Shown: positions 31,886 through 43,122, numbered from the stretch's first letter. The stretch is DNA of 64,000 nt from Pseudomonas aeruginosa PAO1 (GCF_000006765.1 NC_002516.2); one strand, 5' to 3'. Notes: generated by a model from the sequence alone, not told the origin. A program made the numbers and translations.

Positions 31886-33556
31886 TCAGTCCTCGCGATA
31901 GCGGCGCAGGCGCAGGGCCTTGCCGGCGACGCGGGTGTCCTTGAGCTTGGTCAGCAGGCGCTCGAGATTGGCCTCGGGCAGCTCGATCAGGCTGAAGGTA
32001 TCGCGAATCTGGATGCGACCGATGTCCTCGCGGGACAGGCCGCCCTCGTTGAGGATCGCGCCCAGCAGGTTCTTCGCCGCAACCCCGTCGCGCGCGCCGA
32101 GGGCAGTGCGGCAGCGGGCACGGCCTTCGCTCGGCGGCGCCATCGGACGACGCTCGCCGCTGCGCTCCGGACGCTCGCCGCGTTCGCCACGGTCGGCACG
32201 CTCGCGCGGTGCCGATGGGGTCAGCGGCTGTTCGCGGCGCACCGACTCCAGGTCCAGCGCCTTGCCGGCGGTCAGGCGTGCCAGCAATGCGGCGGCCAGG
32301 GTCTCGGCATCGCAGCCGAGGCGACGGCACAGCTCGTCGCGCACCGCGCCGCGCTGCTCGACGGCGCTGTCGAGCAAGGGCGTCAGGCTCGCGGCCAGGC
32401 GCGCCAGGCGGGCCTCCAGCACGGTCTCGGCATCCGGCAGGCGGACTTCGCCGACCTTCTGCCCGGTGACCCGCTCGATCACCTGCAGCATGCGCCGCTC
32501 GCGCGGAGTCACCAGCAACAGCGCGCGCCCTTCCCGGCCGGCACGGCCGGTACGGCCGATGCGGTGCACGTAGGACTCGGGGTCGTACGGCATGTCGATG
32601 TTCAGCACGTGGGTGATGCGCGGTACGTCCAGGCCCCGGGCGGCAACGTCGGTGGCGATGACGATGTCCAGCGAACCGTCCTTCAGCGACTCGATGACCC
32701 GCTCGCGCTGGGCCTGCGGCATGTCGCCGTTGAGCGCGGCGGCGCGGTAGCCCTGGCGCTCGAGCAATTCGGCGTAGTCGAGGGTGGCCTGCTTGGTGCG
32801 GACGAAGGCGATCAGCGCGTCGAACTGCTCGACTTCCAGCAGACGCTGGATCGAACCGGCCTTCTGGTCGGCATGGACCATCAGGTGGACCTGCTCGATG
32901 CGCGCCACGGTCTGGGTCTTGGCGGCGATCTTGACGTGCTTGGGCTGCTTCAGGTGGCGCTCGGCGATGCCACGGATGGACGCCGGCAGGGTCGCCGAGA
33001 AGAGCACGGTCTGGCGCGATTCGGGAAGCGCCTCGAAGATCACTTCCAGGTCGTCCATGAAGCCGAGCTTGAGCATCTCGTCGGCTTCGTCGAGCACCAG
33101 GCGTTGGACGGTGGCCAGCAGCTTCTCGTCGCGGCGCAGGTGGTCGCACAGGCGGCCGGGGGTAGCGACGAGGATCTGTGCGCCCTGGCGCAGGGCCTTC
33201 AGCTGCGGCCCCATGGGCGCGCCGCCGTAGACGGCGACCACGCCGACGCCCGGCAATTGCTTGGAATAGGTTTCGCAGGCGGTGGCGACCTGCAGGGCCA
33301 GCTCGCGGGTCGGCACCAGCACCAGCATCTGCGGCTCGCGGCGGCTCGGGTCGATGCGCGACAGCAGCGGCAGGGCGAACGCGGCGGTCTTGCCGGTACC
33401 GGTCTGCGCCTGGCCGATCATGTCGTGGCCTTCGAGGATCAGCGGAATCGATTGAGCCTGGATAGGCGAAGGCTCTTCGTAGCCTACGGCGACGATTGCC
33501 GCGAGCACATTGGGGTGAATACCGAGCGCGGCGAAGCCGACGGTTTCCTGAGTCAT
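31886..33556 (-). CDS. deaD: DEAD-box RNA helicase DeaD/CsdA
   Basis: Q motif, AQTGTGKT, PTRELA, LDEADEM, SAT, ARGLD, HRIGRTGRAG, DbpA-type C-terminal domain; GAGG RBS; alternative start 33589. Confidence 0.93.
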   Translation of the reverse strand: MTQETVGFAALGIHPNVLAAIVAVGYEEPSPIQAQSIPLILEGHDMIGQAQTGTGKTAAFALPLLSRIDPSRREPQMLVLVPTRELALQVATACETYSKQLPGVGVVAVYGGAPMGPQLKALRQGAQILVATPGRLCDHLRRDEKLLATVQRLVLDEADEMLKLGFMDDLEVIFEALPESRQTVLFSATLPASIRGIAERHLKQPKHVKIAAKTQTVARIEQVHLMVHADQKAGSIQRLLEVEQFDALIAFVRTKQATLDYAELLERQGYRAAALNGDMPQAQRERVIESLKDGSLDIVIATDVAARGLDVPRITHVLNIDMPYDPESYVHRIGRTGRAGREGRALLLVTPRERRMLQVIERVTGQKVGEVRLPDAETVLEARLARLAASLTPLLDSAVEQRGAVRDELCRRLGCDAETLAAALLARLTAGKALDLESVRREQPLTPSAPRERADRGERGERPERSGERRPMAPPSEGRARCRTALGARDGVAAKNLLGAILNEGGLSREDIGRIQIRDTFSLIELPEANLERLLTKLKDTRVAGKALRLRRYRED

Positions 33557-33899
33557 GGGTTTGCCTCGTATACATCCGCAAAGACCCATGACCCATGGCT
33601 GCTCATGCCCTGTACGGCCGAAACGGCCACCCAGGCAGCTGGGGCGGGGATTTGCGAGATTGCTTTTGAATTAGAAGATTACGTAAAGGAAATCCGCAGA
33701 GCGGATACACAGCCAGAGCACAGCGCTCCGAAAAATGCAGGTCCTGAACGGGGTCAGTTTTGACCGGCGCGCATCATACCGGAATTTTGACGTTTGTGTG
33801 CGTTTTTTCCGACATGCGTCATCGGAGAGACTGACAATGGACATCCCGATTCCAGACGTCTATACCGACGTTGCCCGCCCCCCGCCAGGAAACCGCCGC

Positions 33900-34691
33900 A
33901 TGAACGACACCCTCCCAGGACGCATCAGCCGCGAACGGCGCGGCCACCTGCTGCTGCTCGGCCTCGACCGCGTGGCCAAGCGCAACGCCTTCGACCTGCC
34001 GATGCTCGACGACCTGGTCGCCGCGCTCGGCGAATACGAGGCCGACGACCAGTTGCGCTGTGCCCTGCTCTTCGCCCACGGCGAGCATTTCACCGCCGGG
34101 CTGGACCTGGCCAATGTCGGCGAGACCTTCCGCCAGGGCTGGAAACTTCCCGAAGGCGCCGTCGATCCCTGGGGCACCTTCGGCGGCCGGCGTCCAAGCA
34201 AGCCGCTGGTGGTGGCCGTGCAAGGCTACTGCTACACCATCGGCATCGAACTGATGCTGGCGGCCGACATCAACCTCTGCGCCAGCAACGCGCGCTTCGC
34301 CCAGCTCGAAGTGCAGCGCGGAATCCTCCCGTTCGGTGGCGCGACACTGCGCATGCACCAGGTCGCCGGCTGGGGCAACGCCATGCGCTGGCTGCTCACC
34401 GGCGACGAATTCGACGCCCACGAAGCCTATCGTCTCGGCCTGGTGCAGGAAGTCACCGCCCCGGAGGACCTCCTCGACCACGCCATCGCCCTCGCCGAAC
34501 GGGTCGCGGCCCAGGCGCCGCTGGGCGTGCGCGCCACCCTCGGCTCGGCGCGCCAGGCCCTGCTGGAAGGCGAAGCGGTCGCCGCCGCTGCGTTGCCGGA
34601 AGCCGCCAGGCGCCTGCTCGACAGCGAGGACGCCAAGGAAGGCCTGCGCGCTCTCCAGGAACGCCGCCCGGGACGCTTCGAAGGACGCTAG
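33900..34691 (+). CDS. Enoyl-CoA hydratase/isomerase family protein
   Basis: KRNAFD, FTAGLDL, GIELMLAAD, EVQRGI. Confidence 0.88.
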   Translation: MNDTLPGRISRERRGHLLLLGLDRVAKRNAFDLPMLDDLVAALGEYEADDQLRCALLFAHGEHFTAGLDLANVGETFRQGWKLPEGAVDPWGTFGGRRPSKPLVVAVQGYCYTIGIELMLAADINLCASNARFAQLEVQRGILPFGGATLRMHQVAGWGNAMRWLLTGDEFDAHEAYRLGLVQEVTAPEDLLDHAIALAERVAAQAPLGVRATLGSARQALLEGEAVAAAALPEAARRLLDSEDAKEGLRALQERRPGRFEGR

Positions 34692-34716
34692 CCGGGCCCT
34701 TGTCCGCGCGCCCTGG

Positions 34717-35466
34717 CTACTGGGCCGGGCGCAGGCTGTCGATATAGCCCTGCAACGAATAGCCGAGTTGCGGCTCCAGCGCCGCGGCACGCGTCCGCAG
34801 GGCTTCCTGGTCGAGTTCGAGGGCCAGGTTCGCCGGCACCAGCATCACCACGTTGCCCTCGGCCACCGGACACTCCCAGTAATGATGGTGATAGCGCCCG
34901 CGCAGCAGCGGCGCGCCCAGCGGCTTGCCATCGGTGCCGCTCCACTGGTTGATCACCAGCCAGCCATCCTCGGCGAGGCGCTCCTGGCAGGCACCGAGGA
35001 AATTCCAGGCCAGGTGCGCGGCCGACGGGCCGGTATCGGTATAGAGGTCGAGGAAGATCAGGTCGGCCTCCGCGCATTCGCCCAGGCTCTCCAGTGCGTC
35101 GCCGATGCGCAATCGCAGGCGCGGGTCGTCGCGCAGCCCCAGATGCTCGCGGGCCAGGCGCGGAATCGCCGGGCGCAGCTCGATGGCCTCGGCCTCCTCC
35201 AGCGGCAGGTGGCGCAGGCAGGCCTGGGTCAGGCTGCCGGCGCCGAAACCGAGGAACAACGCGCGACGCGGTTGCGAATGGCAGAGCCCGCCGAGCAGCA
35301 TGGCGCGGGTGTAGTCGTATTCCAGCCAGGCCGGATCGGGCATGAACACGCAGCTCTGCTCGACACCGTCGCCGAACTCGAGGAAGCGATAGTCGCCGGA
35401 CTCGATGACCCGGATGACCCCGTATTCGTCGCGCTCCTCGACCAGCAGACGTTCTTCGCTCACCAC
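34717..35466 (-). CDS. Spermidine-synthase-like SAM-binding protein
   Basis: GTG start; YTRAM, LFLGFGAGSL, IEL, GDA, LIFLDLY. Confidence 0.8.
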   Translation of the reverse strand: MVSEERLLVEERDEYGVIRVIESGDYRFLEFGDGVEQSCVFMPDPAWLEYDYTRAMLLGGLCHSQPRRALFLGFGAGSLTQACLRHLPLEEAEAIELRPAIPRLAREHLGLRDDPRLRLRIGDALESLGECAEADLIFLDLYTDTGPSAAHLAWNFLGACQERLAEDGWLVINQWSGTDGKPLGAPLLRGRYHHHYWECPVAEGNVVMLVPANLALELDQEALRTRAAALEPQLGYSLQGYIDSLRPAQ

Positions 35467-35641
35467 TCACCTCCCCCCGCCGCTTCGCCGGCTATCGCCA
35501 GGCGCTCCGGCAAAAGCACCGCAGCATAGCAAAGCCGGCCCGACGATGGATTTCCGCTATTGCAACGATCGCTGGCGGCGCTGCGGCGAGCTGCTCTACC
35601 ATGCCGCAATCCGCTTTCCCGAGCATTGCCAAGAGTCGTAG

Positions 35642-36988
<1,347 letters not shown>

Positions 36989-37028
36989 GCGCGCCGCGGC
37001 CGCTCCCGCCGCCCGGCGGGAGCGCTCG

Positions 37029-38237
37029 CTAGAGCAGCACCCCGCGCAAGCGTACCGCCAACTCCCCGCGCCCCTCGATCGCCACCGTCGCCAGGCCCAG
37101 CCAGGCGGCCATGCTGCGCAGCTGCTCGGCCAGCTCGTGCAGGGCGGCATCGTCCATGCCGTTCGCCTCGGCATGCAACGCATGCACCACCAGGCGCTCG
37201 CGCGCCCGCTCGGCGCGGAGGTCGACGCGGCCGACCAGACGGCCGTTGTACAGGAATGGCAGCACGTAGTAGCCGTACACGCGTTTTTCCTTCGGCGTGT
37301 AGATCTCCAGGCGATAGCGGAAATCGAACAGGCGCTCGGCCCGCGCCCGCTCCCAGACCAACGAGTCGAAGGGCGAGAGCAAGGCACTGGCGCCTAGCCG
37401 CCGCGGCACCTGCGGTTCGCCGGGGCAGTAGGCCGGCTGGCTCCAGCCCTCGACCCGGACCGGCAGCAGCTCGCCAGCCTCCACCAGTTCGGCGAGGCGC
37501 GCGCGGCTCTGCGCCGGGCTCAGCCGATAGTAGTCGCGCAGGTCCTTTTCGGTGGCCACGCCCAGGGCGCTCGCCGCCATCCGCAACAGCTCGCGCTGGG
37601 CCTGTGCCTCCGAAAGCTCGGGGCGCGCCAGCAATTCCGCGGGAAACACCCGCTCCGGCAGGTCATAGAGCCGCTCGAAGCCGCGCCGTCCGGCCACCGT
37701 CAGCTCGCCGGCGGCGAACAGCCATTCCAGCGCATGCTTTTCCGCGCTCCAGTCCCACCAGGGACCGGCCCGCTCCTGCCGCGTGCTCAGGCTGCCGGCA
37801 CCCAGCGCGCCTTGCTCGCGCACCGCCTGCAACACCTGGCGGATCAGTGGCTGCTGTTCCCGGCCGAAACGTGCCAGTTGCTGGTAGATGCCCTGGCCGT
37901 CGGCGGCCTGGCGCATCCGCCAGCGCATCAACGGGTAGTGTTCCAGCGGCAGCAGCGAGGCCTCGTGCCCCCAGTATTCGAACAACTGGCGGTGACGGCC
38001 GACACTCCAGGCCGCCTCGTCGAGCAGCGTCATGGAGTAGGGACCGAGACGGGAAAACAGCGGCAGGTAGTGCGAGCGCACCAGCGCATTCACCGAATCG
38101 ATCTGCAACAGGCCAAGGCGCGCGAGCATTTCGCGCAGATGCCGCCGCTGCACGCTGCGGCGCGTCCGCCGGCCGTCGAAGCCCTGCGCGGCCAGGGCCA
38201 GGCGGCGGGCTTCGGCGAGGGAAAGCGAAAGACTCAT
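37029..38237 (-). CDS. YcaQ/AlkZ-like (HTH_42) DNA glycosylase
   Basis: LLQIDSVN (QxD), FEYWGHEA, LLSPFDSL, YRLEIYTP, YGYYVLP. Confidence 0.85.
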   Translation of the reverse strand: MSLSLSLAEARRLALAAQGFDGRRTRRSVQRRHLREMLARLGLLQIDSVNALVRSHYLPLFSRLGPYSMTLLDEAAWSVGRHRQLFEYWGHEASLLPLEHYPLMRWRMRQAADGQGIYQQLARFGREQQPLIRQVLQAVREQGALGAGSLSTRQERAGPWWDWSAEKHALEWLFAAGELTVAGRRGFERLYDLPERVFPAELLARPELSEAQAQRELLRMAASALGVATEKDLRDYYRLSPAQSRARLAELVEAGELLPVRVEGWSQPAYCPGEPQVPRRLGASALLSPFDSLVWERARAERLFDFRYRLEIYTPKEKRVYGYYVLPFLYNGRLVGRVDLRAERARERLVVHALHAEANGMDDAALHELAEQLRSMAAWLGLATVAIEGRGELAVRLRGVLL

Positions 38238-38319
38238 GGAGCGCCCCAGTCGATGAAGGAGACTGCGAGTCTATCGTGCCCCCGCCGCCGCGCCAGCCCG
38301 GCGCGCCGCTGCGGTTCGC

Positions 38320-38553
38320 TCAATGCCGACGCAGCGGGTCGTCCCAGAAATGCCGCTCGCCCTCCTGGAAGATATCCGCCCGACTCAGGCCGAGGTCCTT
38401 CAGCGCTTCGTCGCTCATCCTCAGCAGTTCCCGGCGCTCGCGGGCCAACTGCAACCAGCGCCGCCAGCGACGCCACAACGACGGCGCAGCGGTCGAGGCG
38501 GGATGGGGCACAGCGTGGCAGTGATTGCCGAAATAATCCTGTTGACCTTTCAT
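38320..38553 (-). CDS. DUF1127 (YjiS-like) small protein, 77 aa
   Basis: RERRELLRMSDEALKDLGLSRADI; GGAGGG RBS; divergent from LysR. Confidence 0.85.
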   Translation of the reverse strand: MKGQQDYFGNHCHAVPHPASTAAPSLWRRWRRWLQLARERRELLRMSDEALKDLGLSRADIFQEGERHFWDDPLRRH

Positions 38554-38649
38554 CGTCTTGCCCTCCGTTCGGGATAGGCACAGTGTCCCGCCAGGCATAG
38601 GATCAATCCAACGAATCATTCTTATGCAATTCATCTTGGAGATTGATGA

Positions 38650-39504
38650 ATGAGCTACCAGCCCGGCATCGATACGGAATTGCTCCGCACCTTCGTCGCC
38701 ATAGCCGAGCACGGTGGTTTCACCCGCGCCGCGGAGGCGCTGAATCGCACCCAGTCGGCGGTCAGCATGCAGATGAAGCGGCTAGAGGAGGACGTCCTGC
38801 AGCGCTCGCTGTTCGAGCGCGACGGAAGGCAGACCCGCCTCACCGCCGAAGGCCAGGTGCTGCTCGGCTATGCCCGGCGGATCCTCAAGCTGCACGGCGA
38901 GGTGTTCAACACCCTGCGCCGCCCGCACATGGTCGGTTCGGTGCGCATCGGCACCCCGGACGACTACGTGATGCGCTTCCTCCCGGCGATCCTGTCGCGC
39001 TTCGCCGAAGCCTATCCGCTGGTGCAGGTCGAGGTGCATTGCGACACCTCGCTCAACCTGCTGGCGCGCAACGACCTCGACCTGTCCATCGTCACCCGCG
39101 AGCCGGGCACCGAGATCGGCCAGTTGCTGCGCCAGGAGCCCTTCGTCTGGATGGCCGCCGAGGGCTTCTGCCCCCACGACCAGCGGCCGATCCCGCTGGC
39201 CATGTTCAACACCACCTGCTTTTGCCGGGCCTGGGCCTGCAACGCCCTGGAGGCGGCGGAACTGGACTACCGCATCGCCTACAGCAGCCCCAGCCTGTCG
39301 GCGCTGTTCGCGGTGGTCAGCGCCGGCCTCGCCGTGACCGTGCAACTGCGCAGCCTGCTCACCGGCAACCTGCGCATCCTCGACGAGAGCGAGGGCCTGC
39401 CCGCCCTGCCCTCGGCCAGCATCATGCTGATGCGCAACCCGCACAGCCAGTCACCGGTCACCGAGAAGCTCGCCGAATACATCGGCGAGGGCTTCCGTCT
39501 CTGA
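38650..39504 (+). CDS. LysR-family regulator
   Basis: LLRTFVAIAEHGGFTRAA, TQSAVSMQMKRLE. Confidence 0.92.
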   Translation: MSYQPGIDTELLRTFVAIAEHGGFTRAAEALNRTQSAVSMQMKRLEEDVLQRSLFERDGRQTRLTAEGQVLLGYARRILKLHGEVFNTLRRPHMVGSVRIGTPDDYVMRFLPAILSRFAEAYPLVQVEVHCDTSLNLLARNDLDLSIVTREPGTEIGQLLRQEPFVWMAAEGFCPHDQRPIPLAMFNTTCFCRAWACNALEAAELDYRIAYSSPSLSALFAVVSAGLAVTVQLRSLLTGNLRILDESEGLPALPSASIMLMRNPHSQSPVTEKLAEYIGEGFRL

Positions 39505-39505
39505 C

Positions 39506-40255
39506 TCAACCGCGCACCAGCAGGAGCACCGCGCACAATGCGAGGAAGGCGCAGAAGGCCATGCGCAGGCTGCGCTCGGGCAAGGCGTGGGCCAGCCTCA
39601 CGCCCCAGGAAATGCTCAGCAGGCCGCCCAGCGCCAGGGGGATCCCCATCCGCCAGTCGACATGGCCGTGCATGGCGTAGGTCCCCAGCGCCACCGCCGT
39701 GCTCGGCGCGGCCAGGGCCAGCGCGAGGCCCTGGGCGACGACCTGGGCGAGGCCGAACACCGAAGTCAGCACCGGTGTCGCCAGCACCCCGCCACCGACC
39801 CCGAAAAGCCCGCCGAGCGAGCCCGCGCCAAGGCCCAGCACGCCCATCCAGGGCAAACCGTAGCGCGGCGTCGCGCCGCCCTGCGGCGGGCGCCGGAACA
39901 GGCGCCAGAACATGTAGCCGGCCAGCGCCAGGAGGAAGATCACGAACGCTTCGCGCATCCGCGCCGCATCGATCCGCGCGGCCACGCTGGACGCCAGGAA
40001 CGCGCAAAGCAGGCCGGTCAGGGCAAGGACTCCGGCCTGGCGCGGATCGATGCGGTTGCGCTGGTGGTAGCGCCACAACGCCAGCACCACGTTCGGTACC
40101 ACCATCACCAGCGCGGTACCCTGCGCCAGTTGCTGGTCGAGACCGAAGATCACCCCTAGCGCCGGGATCGCCAGCAAGCCGCCGCCTATCCCGAACAGAC
40201 CGCCCAGGCAACCGAGCACCATCCCCAGCAGGAAATCGAGAAATACATCCAGCAT
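39506..40255 (-). CDS. TauE/SafE-family (TSUP) membrane exporter
   Basis: Internally duplicated GGLFGIGGG / GGLFGVGGG motifs; about 8 TM. Confidence 0.85.
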   Translation of the reverse strand: MLDVFLDFLLGMVLGCLGGLFGIGGGLLAIPALGVIFGLDQQLAQGTALVMVVPNVVLALWRYHQRNRIDPRQAGVLALTGLLCAFLASSVAARIDAARMREAFVIFLLALAGYMFWRLFRRPPQGGATPRYGLPWMGVLGLGAGSLGGLFGVGGGVLATPVLTSVFGLAQVVAQGLALALAAPSTAVALGTYAMHGHVDWRMGIPLALGGLLSISWGVRLAHALPERSLRMAFCAFLALCAVLLLVRG

Positions 40256-40349
40256 GTCAGCCCCTCTTTCGACGCCTCCATGCTAGGCAAGCGTGGCTGG
40301 ATGGGAAACGCACAAGAAAGCACAATGGCTATGCCAATTACGCAAAGGC

Positions 40350-41312
40350 ATGAGCATGTTGCCCGATACCCTCAGCGAACAGTTCGTTCTCTACCTCGAT
40401 GTCCTCGATGGCGGCAGCTTCTCCGCCGCTGCGCGCAAGCACCCGCTCACCCCGTCCGCCGTGGCGCGCCGGATGGACGCCCTGGAACGCGCCGTCGGCA
40501 GCACTCTGCTGGTGCGCACCACCCATGCGGTGCGCGCTACTCCGGCCGGCCTGGCCTTCGCCGACCGCGCCCGGCGGATCGTCACCGAACTGCGCCTGGC
40601 CCGTGCCGAAGCGGTGTCCCTGAGCACCGCGCCGCAGGGCCTGATCCGTATCGATGCGCCGGTGCCCTTCGGCCGCCGCCACCTGGCCCCGGCGGTCGCC
40701 GACTTCCTCAAGGCCAACCCCGGCCTCGACGTGCAATTGCGCCTGATCGGCAGCTTCATCGACCTGCAGGGCGAACATCTCGGCGAGGTCGACCTGGTGT
40801 TGCGCGCCGGCCCGCTACCCGACAGCCGCCTGGTGGCCACCTCGCTAGCGCCGATGGTGCGGGTGGTCTGCGCCAGCCCGGAATACCTGCGCGAACACGG
40901 CGTTCCCGCATCCCCAGGCGAACTGCCGGAGCATGCCGGCATCGATTGGGACAACCTGTCGCCACCCTATGCCTGGCGCTTCCAGCACGACGGCAAGCTC
41001 CAGCACCTGCGGCCGAAACGGGCGCGGCTGGCCACCAATAACGCCGAAGCGATGGTCGACGCGGCGCTGGCCGGCCTCGGCATCGCCCACCTGCCGACCT
41101 GGTTGTGCAGCGAGTACCTGCTGCGCGGCGAACTGCAGGCGCTGTTCTGCGACGACGGCTTGCCCGCCGCCGAGCCCACCTGCATCTATGCCCTGCGCCT
41201 GGAACGCGAAGCCAGTTCGCGAACCCGTCTGCTGCTGGCTTTCCTCCGCGAGCGCTTCGGCTTTCCGCCGCCCTGGGACCAGGCCCTGCAGCAGCGTCTC
41301 GGCGAGCGCTGA
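40350..41312 (+). CDS. LysR-family regulator (CrgA-like)
   Basis: GGSFSAAAR, LTPSAVAR, LLVRTTH; start uncertain (40293/40350/40356). Confidence 0.88.
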   Translation: MSMLPDTLSEQFVLYLDVLDGGSFSAAARKHPLTPSAVARRMDALERAVGSTLLVRTTHAVRATPAGLAFADRARRIVTELRLARAEAVSLSTAPQGLIRIDAPVPFGRRHLAPAVADFLKANPGLDVQLRLIGSFIDLQGEHLGEVDLVLRAGPLPDSRLVATSLAPMVRVVCASPEYLREHGVPASPGELPEHAGIDWDNLSPPYAWRFQHDGKLQHLRPKRARLATNNAEAMVDAALAGLGIAHLPTWLCSEYLLRGELQALFCDDGLPAAEPTCIYALRLEREASSRTRLLLAFLRERFGFPPPWDQALQQRLGER

Positions 41313-41397
41313 GGACACCACCCGGCGGGAAACCTGGAAAGCCAATAGCCACTACGCTAAATTCATGCACAGTGCCCTACTTACTTGGAAGACAACC

Positions 41398-41853
41398 ATG
41401 TCCCGACTGCCCACCACCCCTTGCGAGCAGCTCAAGCTGGACAACCAGCTGTGCTTCGCCCTGTATTCCACCTCGCTGCAGATGACCAAGGTCTACAAGC
41501 CCCTGCTGCAAGCGCTCGGCCTCACCTATCCGCAGTACATCGCCATGCTGGTGCTGTGGGAACGCGACGGCCTGACCGTGGGCGAAATCAGCGCACGCAT
41601 GCTTACCGACCCGGGATCGCTCACGCCTCTGCTCAAGCGCCTGGAGGGCGAAGGTCTGATTACCCGCACTCGCAGCAGCGAAGACGAGCGGGTAGTCCTG
41701 CTGCGCCTGACCGACAAGGGCCGCGCCCTGCAGCGACAGGCCGAGAGCATTCCCGCCTGCATCCTGGAGAGTACCGGCCTCGACTTGCCACAACTGGTCG
41801 CCCTAAAGGATGAGCTGCTGGCCCTGCGCGGTAACCTGCAAGCACCGGATTGA
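41398..41853 (+). CDS. ohrR: Organic hydroperoxide-sensing repressor
   Basis: [34 protein letters not shown]; adjacent to ohr. Confidence 0.93.
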   Translation: MSRLPTTPCEQLKLDNQLCFALYSTSLQMTKVYKPLLQALGLTYPQYIAMLVLWERDGLTVGEISARMLTDPGSLTPLLKRLEGEGLITRTRSSEDERVVLLRLTDKGRALQRQAESIPACILESTGLDLPQLVALKDELLALRGNLQAPD

Positions 41854-41900
41854 GGGGCTTATACCTACCTGTCTGGTTTTTATCGCCAAATCTTCCAACG

Positions 41901-41967
41901 ATTTGTCTTGCGCACAAAATAACATGACGATAAATTTTACTTCACGCACTTACTTAGCGCGCAAGAA
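41901..41967 (+). promoter_or_regulatory. AT-rich ohr promoter with putative OhrR operators
   Basis: TTGCGCACAA (41908-41917) and TAGCGCGCAA, resembling the gpx operator TTGCACACAA. Confidence 0.5.
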
Positions 41968-41997
41968 CTTAACGTACAAATCAGACAGGTGACTCTC

Positions 41998-42426
41998 ATG
42001 CAAACCATCAAGGCTCTCTACACCGCAACCGCAACCGCCACCGGAGGCCGTGACGGCCGTGCGGTATCCTCGGACGGCGTGCTCGACGTGAAACTCAGCA
42101 CTCCGCGCGAACTGGGCGGCCAGGGCGGCGCGGCCACCAACCCGGAACAACTGTTCGCCGCCGGCTACTCCGCCTGCTTCATCGGAGCCCTGAAGTTCGT
42201 TGCCGGCCAGCGCAAGCAGACCCTTCCCGCCGACGCCTCGATAACCGGCAAGGTCGGCATCGGCCAGATTCCCGGCGGCTTCGGCCTGGAGGTCGAACTG
42301 CACATCAACCTGCCGGGCCTGGAGCGCGAAGCCGCCGAAGCGCTGGTAGCCGCCGCCCACCAGGTCTGCCCCTACTCCAACGCTACCCGCGGCAATATCG
42401 ACGTACGCCTGAACGTGTCGGTCTGA
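41998..42426 (+). CDS. ohr: Organic hydroperoxide resistance peroxidase
   Basis: [34 protein letters not shown]. Confidence 0.96.
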   Translation: MQTIKALYTATATATGGRDGRAVSSDGVLDVKLSTPRELGGQGGAATNPEQLFAAGYSACFIGALKFVAGQRKQTLPADASITGKVGIGQIPGGFGLEVELHINLPGLEREAAEALVAAAHQVCPYSNATRGNIDVRLNVSV

Positions 42427-42468
42427 AGCTTCCGACTCTCCGCGCCGCGGCGGCGGACAGCGGAAACG

Positions 42469-42496
42469 AAAAAGCCCGGCGAATGCCGGGCTTTTT
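42469..42496. terminator. Bidirectional terminator ohr/efp
   Basis: AAAAAGCCCGGC-GAAT-GCCGGGCTTTTT. Confidence 0.88.
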
Positions 42497-42513
42497 CTCG
42501 TCGCGCGAAAGGG

Positions 42514-43080
42514 TCAGGCCTTGACGCGGGACTTGTACTCGCCGGTGCGGGTATCGATCTCGATCGAGTCGCCGATTTCGCAGAACGCGGAAACCTGCAA
42601 CTCGGCGCCGTTGTTCAGGCGCGCGGTCTTCATCACCTTGCCCGAGGTGTCGCCGCGGACGGCCGGCTCGGTGTAGGCGATCTGGCGAACGATGGTGGTC
42701 GGCAGCTCTACCGAGATCACCTTGTCGTTGTAGAACACGGCTTCGCAGATGTCGGTCATGCCGTCTTCGATGAAGGTCAGCACGCCTTCCAGATCGTCTT
42801 TCTCGATCTCGTACTGGTTGAACTCGCTGTCCATGAAGACGTACAGCGGGTCGGCGAAGTAGGAGTAGGTCACTTCCTTGCGATCGAGGATGATCGGCTC
42901 CAGCTTGTCGTCGGCCTTGAACACGGTCTCGGTACCGGCGCCGGTCAGCAGGTTCTTCAGCTTCATCTTGACGACGGCAGCGTTACGGCCGGACTTGTTG
43001 AACTCGGCCTTCTGGATGACCCAGGGAGCGCCATTGATGTTGGCAACCTGGCCGGCGCGGAACTCTTGAGCGGTTTTCAT
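42514..43080 (-). CDS. efp: Translation elongation factor P (Arg32, rhamnosylated type)
   Basis: KSGRNAAVV loop; EPAVRGDTS; IDTRTGEY. Confidence 0.97.
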   Translation of the reverse strand: MKTAQEFRAGQVANINGAPWVIQKAEFNKSGRNAAVVKMKLKNLLTGAGTETVFKADDKLEPIILDRKEVTYSYFADPLYVFMDSEFNQYEIEKDDLEGVLTFIEDGMTDICEAVFYNDKVISVELPTTIVRQIAYTEPAVRGDTSGKVMKTARLNNGAELQVSAFCEIGDSIEIDTRTGEYKSRVKA

Positions 43081-43122
43081 ACGAATATCCGATGGATGAA
43101 AGACAAAAAATCAGGCCGCGTA

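Noticed and set aside
33766-33800. TATGAT-GCGCGCC as the deaD promoter
   Set aside because: The -10 and discriminator are plausible, but there is no recognisable -35 or extended -10; left uncalled.
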